A DNA stretch of 63,100 bases, counting the filler, from Octopus bimaculoides (Eukaryota): assembly GCF_001194135.2 (NCBI RefSeq). It is 3 parts of 3 records of this genome, joined end to end, with 100 filler letters (N's around TTAATTAATTAA, not from the genome) between each part and the next. Parts side by side here need not be neighbours in the genome. Positions count along the whole stretch, not along the records: positions 1 to 26,100 come from NC_069000.1; positions 26,201 to 43,000 come from NC_068990.1; 1 more part is not named here. The stretch is one strand, 5' to 3'. The notes under the pieces were generated by a model. The model saw only the letters and a program-made list of their open reading frames with translations. It did not search any database and was not told the origin of the DNA. A program made the translations under genes and the position numbers. Position 1 is the stretch's first letter. Every line of letters starts with the position of its first letter. This document shows positions 21,305-33,264 of this stretch, one piece after another.

Positions 21305-22028
21305 GGATCTTTGGGGTTTGACGGGCAACATTTGTTTTCTTAACGAAACACTTTTAAACTTGGGACACTGGTAGAATGTGTCATATAAAACAACTTCTTC
21401 TCTTAACCTTCTTAACAAAAAATTGTACATCGCAAGTTATTTCATGCTAAAGTTGTCGTATTTCTGTAATTTCAACCAATCACTGATGTCTATTCAGCTG
21501 AATACAGTTACTGCTGTTCGGTGTCAAGTGTGTTATTCCCTATTTAATTATATCATTATTCCCTAGTAAGGGGTTAGGGTTTTAGGGTTAGGGTTATGGT
21601 TATGAGTTATAGGGTTAGAGTTAAGGTTATGGCAAAAACAGTCATAACCCTAACCGTAATCCTAAAACTAACCCTAACTCTAAAACCCTAACCCTAAAAC
21701 CCTAAAGCTAAAACCAGTACAAACGCACGAACGATGTCATAAATAAGTGTAACACAGGTAGTTGTTGTTGACAAACAACGGGACTAATTTTATTCAAGGG
21801 AAAAGATCCCATGACACCGTTACGGCATTAATTGTTTTCATCTCAATAGACGTCAGTGAATGGTTGAAATTACCGAAATACGACAATTTTTTTTACATAA
21901 AATAACCTCGAATACAAATTTTTTTATCTGTTCTATACCACAAAATATACAAATATTCGAAGTTTGAAAGTGTTTCGGTACCAAAAACACTACAAAAGAA
22001 AATGTTGCCCGTCAAACCCCAAAGATCC
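21305..22028. mobile_element. Fold-back/MITE-like element with 29-bp perfect TIR and central inverted telomere-like arrays
   Basis: ggatctttggggtttgacgggcaacattt at the left end is the exact reverse complement of the right end. Subterminal IRs at ~21452-21497 and ~21842-21887. (TTAGGG)-like tract 21570-21630, then (CCCTAA)-like tract 21643-21705. No clear TSD. Confidence 0.85.
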
Positions 22029-22773
22029 TGAACTCCTTTGCTTGGATCCTTTTTAGCAATGCCAACGCTCCTCGACTCATTGTTCAAGAAATCGTCCTGT
22101 TCTGTTGTTAGTTATCGTAAATGTTTGGTAAAAGGTCTCCAAATAAGCCTGGCATACAAAAGTAAAGCTTTTAGGGCGGACTATTCACACTGGGCGATTC
22201 TACGCCCACCTCATTGCTAACCATTGCTTTCCATATTACTGTTATTAGCTTTTCGTAGCTCCGCATTTTACGCCGAGAAACGCACCTCGGTAGAGGTATC
22301 CACTGAAGACAATTCTATCGCCACCTATTCCAAATAGTCGAGCTAAGTGCTTCTGAAAAGATGCACAGATCTGGTCGAATTCAAGTAACACGTGTCAATT
22401 ATGGTCTAATAAAAACCGAACTGTGACTTTGTTATGCTTTTGTTACTTGGCCTCATTGGACAGCTTTCGTACCTTTGTGTCTCAGCGCTGACAACACATC
22501 TTTCTTGTCTTGCACTGAAAAATTGCTTGCGAGTTAATCTTGCCGCAGTCAGGTCTATAGTTGCTTCCCTTATTCTGAATTACACCCCTTGAACGTTATT
22601 TAGTAAAAAATAAATAAAAACAGACTTCACACAGGGGAGATAACTATTTAGAATCTGCTGCTGTGGTAAAATGTTCGAATTTACGAATGCGTGTGCGTAC
22701 GCTTGCGTAATTGCGTGTCTGCATGCATATACATCTAACCATACAAGTATAAAGCTCGTACAAATATGTATCT

Positions 22774-22777
<4 letters not shown>

Positions 22778-22830
<53 letters not shown>
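22778..22830. repeat. (GA)n microsatellite
   Basis: Direct reading. Confidence 0.95.
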
Positions 22831-22833
<3 letters not shown>

Positions 22834-23065
22834 GGTGTTTGGCAGATACCTGTTTGCCAATATGGCATGTCAGACCTTCAGGATTTCAGAGTTTGAATGG
22901 AGCTGATGATATCAGGATGGACTTAAGATTGAATACTTCAGTAGATCCAATAGGTGGGGGTCTCATATCAGTGTGCTGTAAAGCAATTGAGAGTTAGCTA
23001 AAAAACGGTGTGTCTTCTTTGCTGAAGCCCTCAGCAACCTACTGGCAGAGCATTCGATAGACAGC

Positions 23066-23210
23066 CACTAGCGTAGCTAGAATATGTGCCGCCTGGAGTG
23101 GCCCTTCCGTTTTCCGCCCTCGGACCCCAAAATGCACACATATTGTCTACAACAATAGCCTACAACAGGATGAAAAGTGCCGCCCGTAGTGGACCATCCT
23201 TACGCTAGTG
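23066..23210. mobile_element. 145-bp MITE with 8-bp TSD (hAT-like)
   Basis: TIR CACTAGCGTA...TACGCTAGTG, flanked by tagacagc (23058-65) and tagacaac (23211-18). Confidence 0.75.
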
Positions 23211-23311
23211 TAGACAACACCTGCACAAGTAAGCTATTTCCAACTCTCTCTCTCTCTCTCTCTCTTTTCTAGTTCTTTCTCTCTTCTCACTCACTCACTC
23301 ACTCTCTCTGT

Positions 23312-23345
<34 letters not shown>

Positions 23346-23959
23346 NNNNNNNNNNNNNNNNNNNNNNNNNNNNNNNNNNNNNNNNNNNNNNNNNNNNNNN
23401 NNNNNNNNNNNNNNNNNNNNNNNNNNNNNNNNNNNNNNNNNNNNNNNNNNNNNNNNNNNNNNNNNNNNNNNNNNNNNNNNNNNNNNNNNNNNNNNNNNNN
23501 NNNNNNNNNNNNNNNNNNNNNNNNNNNNNNNNNNNNNNNNNNNNNNNNNNNNNNNNNNNNNNNNNNNNNNNNNNNNNNNNNNNNNNNNNNNNNNNNNNNN
23601 NNNNNNNNNNNNNNNNNNNNNNNNNNNNNNNNNNNNNNNNNNNNNNNNNNNNNNNNNNNNNNNNNNNNNNNNNNNNNNNNNNNNNNNNNNNNNNNNNNNN
23701 NNNNNNNNNNNNNNNNNNNNNNNNNNNNNNNNNNNNNNNNNNNNNNNNNNNNNNNNNNNNNNNNNNNNNNNNNNNNNNNNNNNNNNNNNNNNNNNNNNNN
23801 NNNNNNNNNNNNNNNNNNNNNNNNNNNNNNNNNNNNNNNNNNNNNNNNNNNNNNNNNNNNNNNNNNNNNNNNNNNNNNNNNNNNNNNNNNNNNNNNNNNN
23901 NNNNNNNNNNNNNNNNNNNNNNNNNNNNNNNNNCTTGCAGACACTATATTCCGTTGATT

Positions 23960-24082
23960 AATCTGTTTATTTTATAATCAAAATGACAAAAAAAAGCAAT
24001 TTGAAATCTTAATTGTTGATATGACATGGTATGTCATAAGTATCTGTATATTTTGTCATTTTGGTTATAAAATAAACAGATT
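23960..24082. repeat. 32-bp inverted repeat / small fold-back
   Basis: aatctgtttattttataatcaaaatgacaaaa versus 24051-24082, one mismatch. Confidence 0.85.
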
Positions 24083-24099
24083 CAGAAGAATATAAATGT

Positions 24100-24335
24100 G
24101 CGGCGAGCTGGCAAAAACGTTAGCACGCCGAGCGAAATGTTTAGCGGTATTTCGACTGCCGATACTTTCTGAGTTCAAATTCCGCCGAGGTTGACTTTAC
24201 CTTTCATCCTTTCAGGGTCGATAAATTAAGTACCAGTTACGCACTGGGGTCGATGTAATCGACTTAATCACTTTGTCTGTCCTTGTTTCTCCCCCCTATG
24301 TTTAGCCCCTTGTGGGCAAGAAAAAAAAAAAAAAA
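24100..24335 (+). mobile_element. tRNA-derived SINE with conserved central domain and poly(A) tail
   Basis: cggcgagctggcaaaaacgttagc...gagttcaaattcc...cctttcatcctttcagggtcgataaattaagtaccag...A-tail. The central segment resembles, from recall, a Meta/MESC-type SINE domain. Confidence 0.85.
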
Positions 24336-25289
24336 AGAATGTAAATGTGCCTGACTGCATCTCTAGGAATCTTAAAATAGACAGAAACTTAGACCACAAA
24401 ATTAATCTATCCTCGACAAACAACGGGGATATTCGCACTAATCGTTATGGGTATGCTTTTGCAATATAAAAGCTTGAAATAAAGAAATACTCGATGAACA
24501 AAAGAGCTATGAATGCAGGCAAAAAGCCTAAATGCAACACAATGTTATAAATTTGGTGGAATTAACAATGAAGTTGTTACACATCTCATCATAAGAAGCG
24601 GTCCGAAATTGTCATAGTATTGCTTGTTACAGTTTCTATTCGATAATAAATAGTCTGCAGTTCTAATTGTATGAAGATATTTCTAATTTTTTTTCCATAG
24701 AACCGTTTCTTCTGAAAGAAATCTCTCGATGATAAACCTTGTAACACACCAAGTACGAGCTAATTTTATAACATACAATGTTGTCAAAACAAAAAGGTGG
24801 AAGAAGCGTTTATGCCCCAGATTAAATATTATAACATATTCACTATTCACCTCTACAATATTTATCTTAAGCCATTTAACTGACTTCTGATCTCACCAAT
24901 GTTGAATAAGTTTTCCATTACTATCACTTTTTTCTCAGTAAAACATTCAATACGAAGATACTTGCTTAAATTTATGTTAAAATAGCATTCCTATAATTGT
25001 TTTCATCAAAAGTAACTCTGTTATACAATGATATTAAGTATGTTTATATGTGTATATAGTCAGAGCCAGGTTAATATCTCTTAGTAATTTTATGTATATA
25101 CCTATGACTATAATCGGGAAAAATATTCTGAAAAATATTTTCAGTTCAGCTTTAATGTTAAGATAGACAAGAAATACAAGAGAATGCGAAATGAATTCGT
25201 TTTCTAGTAACAAACAAAATCACTGTAAACTACCCTATGTTTTCGCTACCCACGATTCCTAGGTGGGACAGTGGGTAGATTCCTCAGGC

Positions 25290-25900
25290 ATTTCATCTTT
25301 GGAATGCTATTGGAAGGAACTATCATTACACTTTCCGGTTAGATACTTATGTGTGACCGAATGAGACTATGTTGTTCCTTGGTGCGGCCTTAGCTCTCCT
25401 GTCGATTGACCCGACTTAACAAATCCGTCTTGCGAGACTTTCCTGTGCTATTCTAAGCACGTGTCCACAATACTGCAGATATGACTTCTCAATGCAAAGA
25501 CTTAGAGGCTGACCCTGAGAGATTCCTTGATCTTCGAGCTGCGCAATCTGCCGAGTAACTTTGCTGGAGAGTTCCTCAGGAGGAAATTCATTTCAGTTGA
25601 ATGTATTCACGTTCATACTATTTTAGTCATTACCCAACATTCATAAGCAACATGTTCGACGTGTTTTATCAACTTCTCATCTTCTGAAGAACGTATATAT
25701 CTGAGCTGGTTAATTACTGGGACAGCACCTGAAATAGTAACATCCAATTCAGCTTCCTGCTTCTCATCATTCGTTAATAGGATGCTGTGAGATTCCAATA
25801 ATATACAGTGAAGTTCCAATAATATGCAGAGTATACTGAGAAGACTTTCTTCAGAAGACCAGTGCATCAAACTTCGCAACACATTCAGTATTCATGCCAA
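25290..25900 (-). mobile_element. RTE-type LINE fragment, strongly degenerate
   Basis: DEKQEAELD..ISGA...AYECWVMTK...IHSTEMNFL and YLQYCGHVLRI...S*GRTK resemble the RTE Y.CE.W / EM.FLR / GHV.R / RGRPK motifs. Confidence 0.6.
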
Positions 25901-26820
25901 TCCAGTTCCTAAAATGTTAGGAACAGGAAAGTTGACAATGTGCTTTCCTACCGAAGTGCAACACACACATTGAAACGTTTCGAAATCGTACCATTTCACG
26001 AATACCTAATTCAGAAGATCAGCTATGTATTCTCACCCTCCCCTTCAGCTCCCCCTCCCGATTCCATGCCCCCCTCCACCGCCCATTCCACACACTCACA
26101 NNNNNNNNNNNNNNNNNNNNNNNNNNNNNNNNNNNNNNNNNNNNTTAATTAATTAANNNNNNNNNNNNNNNNNNNNNNNNNNNNNNNNNNNNNNNNNNNN
26201 AAGAATTCTTATATAAGCAATAAAACCGTAATGATATATAATAAAATATACAAGGATAAAAGATAAGGAATGAAAAAATAAAATATTTAAAATAAGATAA
26301 AATAAAATGGAATACACCCATTCTTTTATTCTTGTATACTTTATCACATTTGTTTAATGGTTTTATTGCTTCTATGAGAATGGTTCTTTTATTTTATCTC
26401 AGTTCATTATGAAGACGGGTGGAACGCTACTCTAACCAAAGTATATTGTTATAGAGATAAACGAAACTTCAAGTAAAAACCGAAGGAAATAATCTTTGAA
26501 AAGTCATCTGAGGAGACGCATCGGCACTTATGATGTATGACAATTGATTGTACAGCATCTCGCCTGTAAGAAACGGGTGCATGATGACTCGAAACGATTG
26601 TAGTGGTTCTAAATAATCTCGTGAATTCCATATTCTGTATCTCATCTTTTTATATAATATCTATAGACACAAAAGAATTCCTGAAGTAAATCCAGTAGCA
26701 AATTTCTCTATACTGTTGTTGACACCAGGTAGCCGAATGCTGTAGACGAGCGTCAAACTAAGTTGTCTTTAAACGAGCTTTAATTAAAGTTGTCTAACCG
26801 AATATAAAATTTTATATATA

Positions 26821-27003
26821 CACAGGGTGTCCCAAACGTCTCTATTGATGTTATATCTGGTTCGGCAGGGATTTTATCCGGTTAATGCTTTCGACATATT
26901 CCTACATACTGGACCGTCTGAAATCGCGGTCAAACGTTTGGGTGTACCTTGACTCGTTAAGAGTGTCGTTTGTTTATTTCTCTCCCCTTAATGCCACCCT
27001 CTG
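26821..27003. mobile_element. Tc1/mariner-type MITE (TA TSD)
   Basis: TA|cacagggtgtc ... gccaccctctg|TA, imperfect TIR. Confidence 0.5.
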
Positions 27004-27139
27004 TACAAAATTGATCAGCGTGTCCGATCTCAGCAAAATTCGAAGAAAAGTTTTAAGGTTATATCATAAAATAGAATCCATGTGACCATTTACATAAAGA
27101 TAACCCATTGACTTTTAAATCCCAGTACATTATATGAAT

Positions 27140-28110
27140 AAACGATGTTTCATGTGTCGAAGTGCTTAATTTTATTCATGGGTCAATTCGCTTCTAAATC
27201 AGTTCATTATTGTATTGTGAGTGAATTTTAACGATTTCTGCCTTTCTCCAGTTTAATTTTAATTCTACTACACGACTCCGACCATAAACTTTACCTAAAT
27301 GTCAAATTTCATCAAAATCCGATGAATTCTATTAAAGTTACAACATAAAATATTAATCCTATGGGTAATTGCATACAAAAAGCCTTTTGGTTTCTTAAAA
27401 TCCCCCGCTCATGCGCAATTATCGCTTTTTTGTCAACTTTTTATGCTAGCATCAACTGATGGACATGAACTATAATCACATGTAAATTTTTTACAAAATC
27501 GATAAGAATGTCTCTAAGGAAATGCAGATTTGCCTTTGTGCCCTTTTCAAGCTCTTTTGAATTAAATAACACCTTTACCGTCTCCGCCACCACAAAATTT
27601 ACTTACATCTCAAATTTCATTAGAATCGGATAAAAAATATAAAAGTTACATCCGAAATTATAATCCCTATGGGTATTTGCACGCAAAAAGCCTATTGATT
27701 TTATAAAGCCACTGCTCAGGCAAAAAGCCTATTGATTTTATAAAGCCACTGCTCAGGCGCAATTATCGATTATTTGTCAACGCTGTATACTAACATCAAC
27801 TCTCTGCCATGTGCCTCGCTCACTCATCGATTTCATCAAAATCGGACAAAAAATGCAAAAGCTGCAGGGTAAATAACATCATTATGGGAATTTCCATTCA
27901 AACGCCCGATTGAGCCTACAAAGATCGATGCCAACTAAGCATTATCGAGTTTTCAAAAAATTCCGGCCTTATTTGATCTTCAGAGCATGTGATCTACTTA
28001 TATGCCAAAAATCATTAAAATCGGTTGAAAGGTTTGGGAGGAGTTAGAGTAACCCGAAACACACACACAGACAGACACCATTATACAGTTATGTATATCA
28101 ACGCCAAAAC
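27140..28110 (+). mobile_element. Non-autonomous Helitron/Helentron-like (DINE/HINE-like) element with internal diverged repeats
   Basis: Recurrent aaatttcat.aaaatcgg modules (27303, 27611, 27830, 28010), an exact 37-bp tandem duplication near 27683-27757, and an ending aatcggttgaaagg...ggagttag...cacacagacagac typical of DINE-like elements. Confidence 0.5.
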
Positions 28111-29216
28111 ATTCAAATATCGCTCAAATAGACGACATTAAAGGATTTATTATTTTAGTAAGGTTGTTCTGCACATACTAGAATAAAGAAAAGTAGTTTT
28201 TATATCGTAATAGCCATTTTGAGGAAGCTAGAATCTGTGAACGTTTAAGCTTGCGCATGTTCACCAATATTCGAAGCTCTTTTCATGGAATTAGTATGGG
28301 CTTGTAGAGGAATGGAGCACTTATCATATCAAATAGCATAGTTCGGTATACAGTCGACAGGAAAAGAATAAATTCAGCAGTCAATAATTTTGAACTAAGA
28401 GAATAGAAAAGGACCTTTGAATAACTGCTTTAAACTTCCTAAACGTTACGAGTAAAAACAAATACTTGAAATAATATGAACCTATCACGAAACATTGCAT
28501 TTCAACGAACATCTATGCACGATGCAACGAAGCGCCTATTGTGATAAAATTACATACCCGAACTTACTAGCGAGTGGATAGGCGCATCCTTTTCCTAGGA
28601 AATCACGTTCAATAATGTTACCCTTCACAAAAATAAAATAGAAATACAAACTCAACAACGGACAAGTATTAAATACTCATTAACAAGGAAGTAGTGAATT
28701 CTTATAAACGAAATGCTACATGTATAACATCCGATATAATATTTATGCAAAAACCGTGTTACTACAATTTTATCTCTTCTGGTCATATATTATCTTCCCC
28801 AAAACTTAACATCTGCTAGGTGATGCGGAAACAACAACATAAAGATGAGCTACAGCTGTTTGAAAACAAGAGAAATGTTGTTGTTAGCCAGAATAGAAAT
28901 AGTACTGGAAACAAACGAAATACAAACACAGCTGCAATGTAACAGGAAAAATACTGAGACCTGTATTAAAACGAGCAAATGCTTACAAAATATATTGCAT
29001 ATTGTGTTGATGAGTACATTTATTACACAAAGATAAACCATATGAGACTTTAAGAACAAGTACTTAGCAACACAACTGATCATTATAGTCATTGATTTAT
29101 TTGTGTACACATACAANNNNNNNNNNNNNNNNNNNNNNNNNNNNNNNNNNNNNNNNNNNNNNNNNNNNNNNNNNNNNNNNNNNNNNNNNNNNNNNNNNNN
29201 NNNNNNNNNNNNNNNN

Positions 29217-31175
29217 GAGAGATACTTCATCTATCCAGTCGGCCTCTACTGAGTTGGATGGCTGGCTGAAATCCGTGGACCAGAAAGGCCTACCTGGGAA
29301 CTTCAAAGACTGGGTCTACCAGCACGGTATTCTTCCCAGGATCCTCTGGCTCCTCCTTGTCTATGGAGTCCCCATCTCAGAAATAGAGACCTAAGAGAAG
29401 AGGGTCGGCAACCACCTCCGGAGATAGCTTGGATTAACAAGTAGCTTGAGCAGCATCGCGCTCTACGGCATCGACACCACACTGCAGTTGTCCTTCAAAT
29501 CGTTGGAAGAGGAATTCAAGGTGGCAAGAACCACAGAAGTAATCCAGTACAGGGACTCTTGTGATCTGAAGGCGGCTAAAGTAGGGATCCAAGTGGGGAC
29601 TGGCAGGAAGTGGAGAGCAGAGGACGCAATTCAAGAGGCAGCGGTAAAGCTACGCCACAGGAAACTTGTGGGAGGGGTCACATGAGGCAGAGCTGGGCGA
29701 GGCTCCTTTTCGATTCCTCAAACGAACACCAGCGGGATGGAAGTACGCCGCCTTGTTCAGAAGGAGATGAGAGCTGCTGTGGAGAAAATGAGAACATGAA
29801 AGGCAGANNNNNNNNNNNNNNNNNNNNNNNNNNNNNNNNNNNNNNNNNNNNNNNNNNNNNNNNNNNNNNNNNNNNNNNNNNNNNNNNNNNNNNNNNNNNN
29901 NNNNNNNNNNNNNNNNNNNNNNNNNNNNNNNNNNNNNNNNNNNNNNNNNNNNNNNNNNNNNNNNNNNNNNNNNNNNNNNNNNNNNNNNNNNNNNNNNNNN
30001 NNNNNNNNNNNNNNNNNNNNNNNNNNNNNNNNNNNNNNNNNNNNNNNNNNNNNNNNNNNNNNNNNNNNNNNNNNNNNNNNNNNNNNNNNNNNNNNNNNNN
30101 NNNNNNNNNNNNNNNNNNNNNNNNNNNNNNNNNNNNNNNNNNNNNNNNNNNNNNNNNNNNNNNNNNNNNNNNNNNNNNNNNNNNNNNNNNNNNNNNNNNN
30201 NNNNNNNNNNNNNNNNNNNNNNNNNNNNNNNNNNNNNNNNNNNNNNNNNNNNNNNNNNNNNNNNNNNNNNNNNNNNNNNNNNNNNNNNNNNNNNNNNNNN
30301 NNNNNNNNNNNNNNNNNNNNNNNNNNNNNNNNNNNNNNNNNNNNNNNNNNNNNNNNNNNNNNNNNNNNNNNNNNNNNNNNNNNNNNNNNNNNNNNNNNNN
30401 NNNNNNNNNNNNNNNNNNNNNNNNNNNNNNNNNNNNNNNNNNNNNNNNNNNNNNNNNNNNNNNNNNNNNNNNNNNNNNNNNNNNNNNNNNNNNNNNNNNN
30501 NNNNNNNNNNNNNNNNNNNNNNNNNNNNNNNNNNNNNNNNNNNNNNNNNNNNNNNNNNNNNNNNNNNNNNNNNNNNNNNNNNNNNNNNNNNNNNNNNNNN
30601 NNNNNNNNNNNNNNNNNNNNNNNNNNNNNNNNNNNNNNNNNNNNNNNNNNNNNNNNNNNNNNNNNNNNNNNNNNNNNNNNNNNNNNNNNNNNNNNNNNNN
30701 NNNNNNNNNNNNNNNNNNNNNNNNNNNNNNNNNNNNNNNNNNNNNNNNNNNNNNNNNNNNNNNNNNNNNNNNNNNNNNNNNNNNNNNNNNNNGCTTGGAA
30801 GAAGCTTTTGAGAGAAAGCTCTCCAAGTATGAACATCTGGCTAATGACTGCCAGAAGGCTAGTTGAAGAGCGAGGTGTCTCCCAGTGGACGTAGGATGCA
30901 AGGGTTTCGCAGCCCGTTCCCTGACCAGAGCCTTCAGCAGTTTGGGCATCGAGGGAGTGAGAAGGAGGGAGGTCATCTACAGTACCACTGATGGGGCAGA
31001 GAGGGCCTCAAGATGGTTGTGGATCAAAAGAGGAGAGCCATCGTGTAGCTAGCTGGCCATCTGGACACAAGGTGGGGTCGCTTCAGCCCCAGCTGGATCA
31101 CCTGGAGGAGGGTAGGGTGTATGATGATGAAAGACCCTAAACATCCGATGATAACAAGCACATCACTGAAGATGT
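29217..31175 (+). mobile_element. Hero-clade RLE non-LTR retrotransposon, 3' half, degenerate, with gap
   Basis: WLKSVDQKGLPGNFKDWVYQHGILPRILW.LLVY...LSSIALYG...SLEEEFKV...TGRKWRA...LRHRKLVG, and after the gap EEAFERKLSKYEHL...PVDVGCKGF...AERASRWLWIKR (restriction-like endonuclease tail). Confidence 0.8.
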
Positions 31176-31206
31176 GTCCAGATCATCCAGTCATTCATGT
31201 ATGTAC

Positions 31207-31268
<62 letters not shown>

Positions 31269-31483
31269 TGTGTGTGCGTGAATATATGTATCTAATGTAT
31301 CTATACATATATATGTATATATAGATATATATACACGCACACACACACACACACATGGAAAATTTTACATTATGAAAATTGCACACACATAATTCAAATG
31401 AAGCAAACCAAACAACAAACTTTCTTGGTGCATATAAATATGTGTGTGTGTGTGTGCGGGTGCGCACGCATGCGTGTGTGTGT

Positions 31484-31514
<31 letters not shown>

Positions 31515-32294
31515 TATATATGTATGTATATGTGCAATTTTGTATGTATGTACGTATGTATAGCCATTGACACACGCATGCCCAAACATTCAGGCACGCA
31601 TTCATCTATATTTCTGAATAACAAGAATGAATTTGCTAGAATAATTTCGATATATTTTTTTTCCATTAAACAGCAAGAAATCAGTTGCTAGAATCACGGT
31701 TCCTTTGTGTAATTTAAATAATATGAATGTGTTGTCGATTTTCAAATTAAATTTGAAAAGAGGGTTTTCATTCACGTTTTTTCCTTTTTTAGAATGTTAT
31801 TTCTACGAATAACTGTTCTACCTTATTTTCGATTCTTCTGTTGTGTTCTGAGCATTACATTTTTGTTCGTCTTTATTATTGGTTTTTGTTACAATTTTAG
31901 TAGAGTTTAGGCCTCCTGGTTCCAAATAAAAGAAGCTAAATGTCGTCTTTCTTCAATAAGGAAGATATATCACACTTGAACGTGAAAGTTTGGAAAACAC
32001 ACTGAAGTTCATGGCTAAATAGCCTAACTCTGGTTTGAAAATCGTTATTGTTTGTTGATGAAGTGCTGTGAAAATATCAGCTTACAGCTACACCGAAAAC
32101 AATACTGTCGTTGTCCTATTAAAAAAATAGAACGCATTGGCTACTTCAACCGTAAATATATTACGCATTATAATGATAGCATGGTCATGGCTGAAATGTT
32201 TGTGAGTATAGGTCCGTTTAATAGTGCCCGAGTTGGGTCAAAATAACAGAAACAGCAACAACATTAACCCACTATTATGTAAGCCACTTATAAA

Positions 32295-32462
32295 AGCGGT
32301 GAGCTGGCAGAGTCGTTAGCACACCGTCTACCAAATCCACTCACAAGGCTTTGGTCGACCCGAGGCTATAGCAGAAAACACTTACTCAAGGTGCCACACA
32401 TTGGGACTGAACCCGGAACCATGTGGTTGGGAAGCAAGGTTCTAACCACAGAGCCACTCCTG
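32295..32462 (-). mobile_element. SINE 5' half (16922 family) fused to a short plus-strand head of the 24100 family
   Basis: ggtgagctggcagagtcgttagcacaccg followed by tctaccaaatccactcacaaggc...accacagagccactcc. Confidence 0.75.
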
Positions 32463-32474
32463 CATACACACGCA

Positions 32475-32541
<67 letters not shown>

Positions 32542-32600
32542 TNNNNNNNNNNNNNNNNNNNNNNNNNNNNNNNNNNNNNNNNNNNNNNNNNNNNNNNNNN

Positions 32601-33175
32601 TCTCCTTCGGATGTCCGTCGTAGGTCAACGTTGTTTTTCTTCACTGGCTGGAGTTACGAGCTTCAGCGATCGGTTGTGATTCGTCGCACCGCTGGGCCTT
32701 CTCCTCCCTGGTGTATGAGGAGATACCGGGGTTCTTCATATGCCTCTTCAGCACATCCTTGTATCGCAGCCTCTGGCAACAACACTTCCGCATGCCCTGA
32801 CACAGCTCAGCATAGAAAACTGCTTTTGAGATTCTACCGTCTTCCATCCTGCAAACGTATCCCGCCCAGCGCAGCTGCAATGAGGTAACGAGGACCTCCA
32901 CATTAACTGCCCAAATGCAGCGTAGAACCTGTACATCAAGAATGCGATCCTGCCATCTGGTATGCAAGATGGAGCGCATATGATGAAGTTTGATACGCAC
33001 CAAGGCCTTAATGTGCCGGCGCTAGAGGACCCTGCATACAGGAGGTAAGGGAGCACTGCAGCGCTACACACCTTTATCTTCGTGTTGCAGTTAATGTCAT
33101 GGCAGCTCCATAGTCGCTCTCAAGAGAGCCAAAAGTGGCTGACTGTATTCGCATATCACCTTCGACGCCAAAAGA
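32601..33175 (-). mobile_element. RTE-clade LINE fragment
   Basis: ERLWSCHDIN..TKIKV..AVLPYLLY...HMRSILHTRWQDRI...LQLRWAGYVCRMEDGRISKAVFYAEL..G.R..QRLRYKDVLKRHMK. Confidence 0.85.
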
Positions 33176-33264
33176 GTTAGATAAAGGCTTCGGAGTACTT
33201 TAGAGGCTCTACGTGTACTGTCACTGACTCGAGCTTTCGTGATCTATTAGAATATCTTGGTGGG

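Noticed and set aside
21570-21705. Telomere-telomere chromosome fusion site
   Set aside because: The arrays are short, degenerate and centred in a symmetric element with a perfect TIR, so a transposon origin is more parsimonious.
22900-22950. CTGATGA followed by GAATAC-TTCA-GTA as a hammerhead
   Set aside because: GAAA is not intact and there is no convincing helix I or II.
22671-22997. 108-aa ORF as a host exon
   Set aside because: It runs through a (GA)n tract, and the remaining ~45 aa match nothing I recognise.
26145-26156. TTAATTAATTAA between N runs (also 43045-43056)
   Set aside because: An identical 12-mer embedded in gaps is an assembly/scaffolding spacer, not biology.
26405-26600. 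Hammerhead-like words (ATGAAGA...GAAACTTCAAGTA; CTGAGGA...GAAAC; ATGATGACTCGAAAC)
   Set aside because: Cores are mutated or helices cannot be closed, so they cannot be distinguished from chance here.
33215-33260. Minus-strand GAAAGCTCGAGTC at the PLE 5' junction as an inverted pLTR hammerhead
   Set aside because: No recognisable CUGANGA core upstream, so it is suggestive only.
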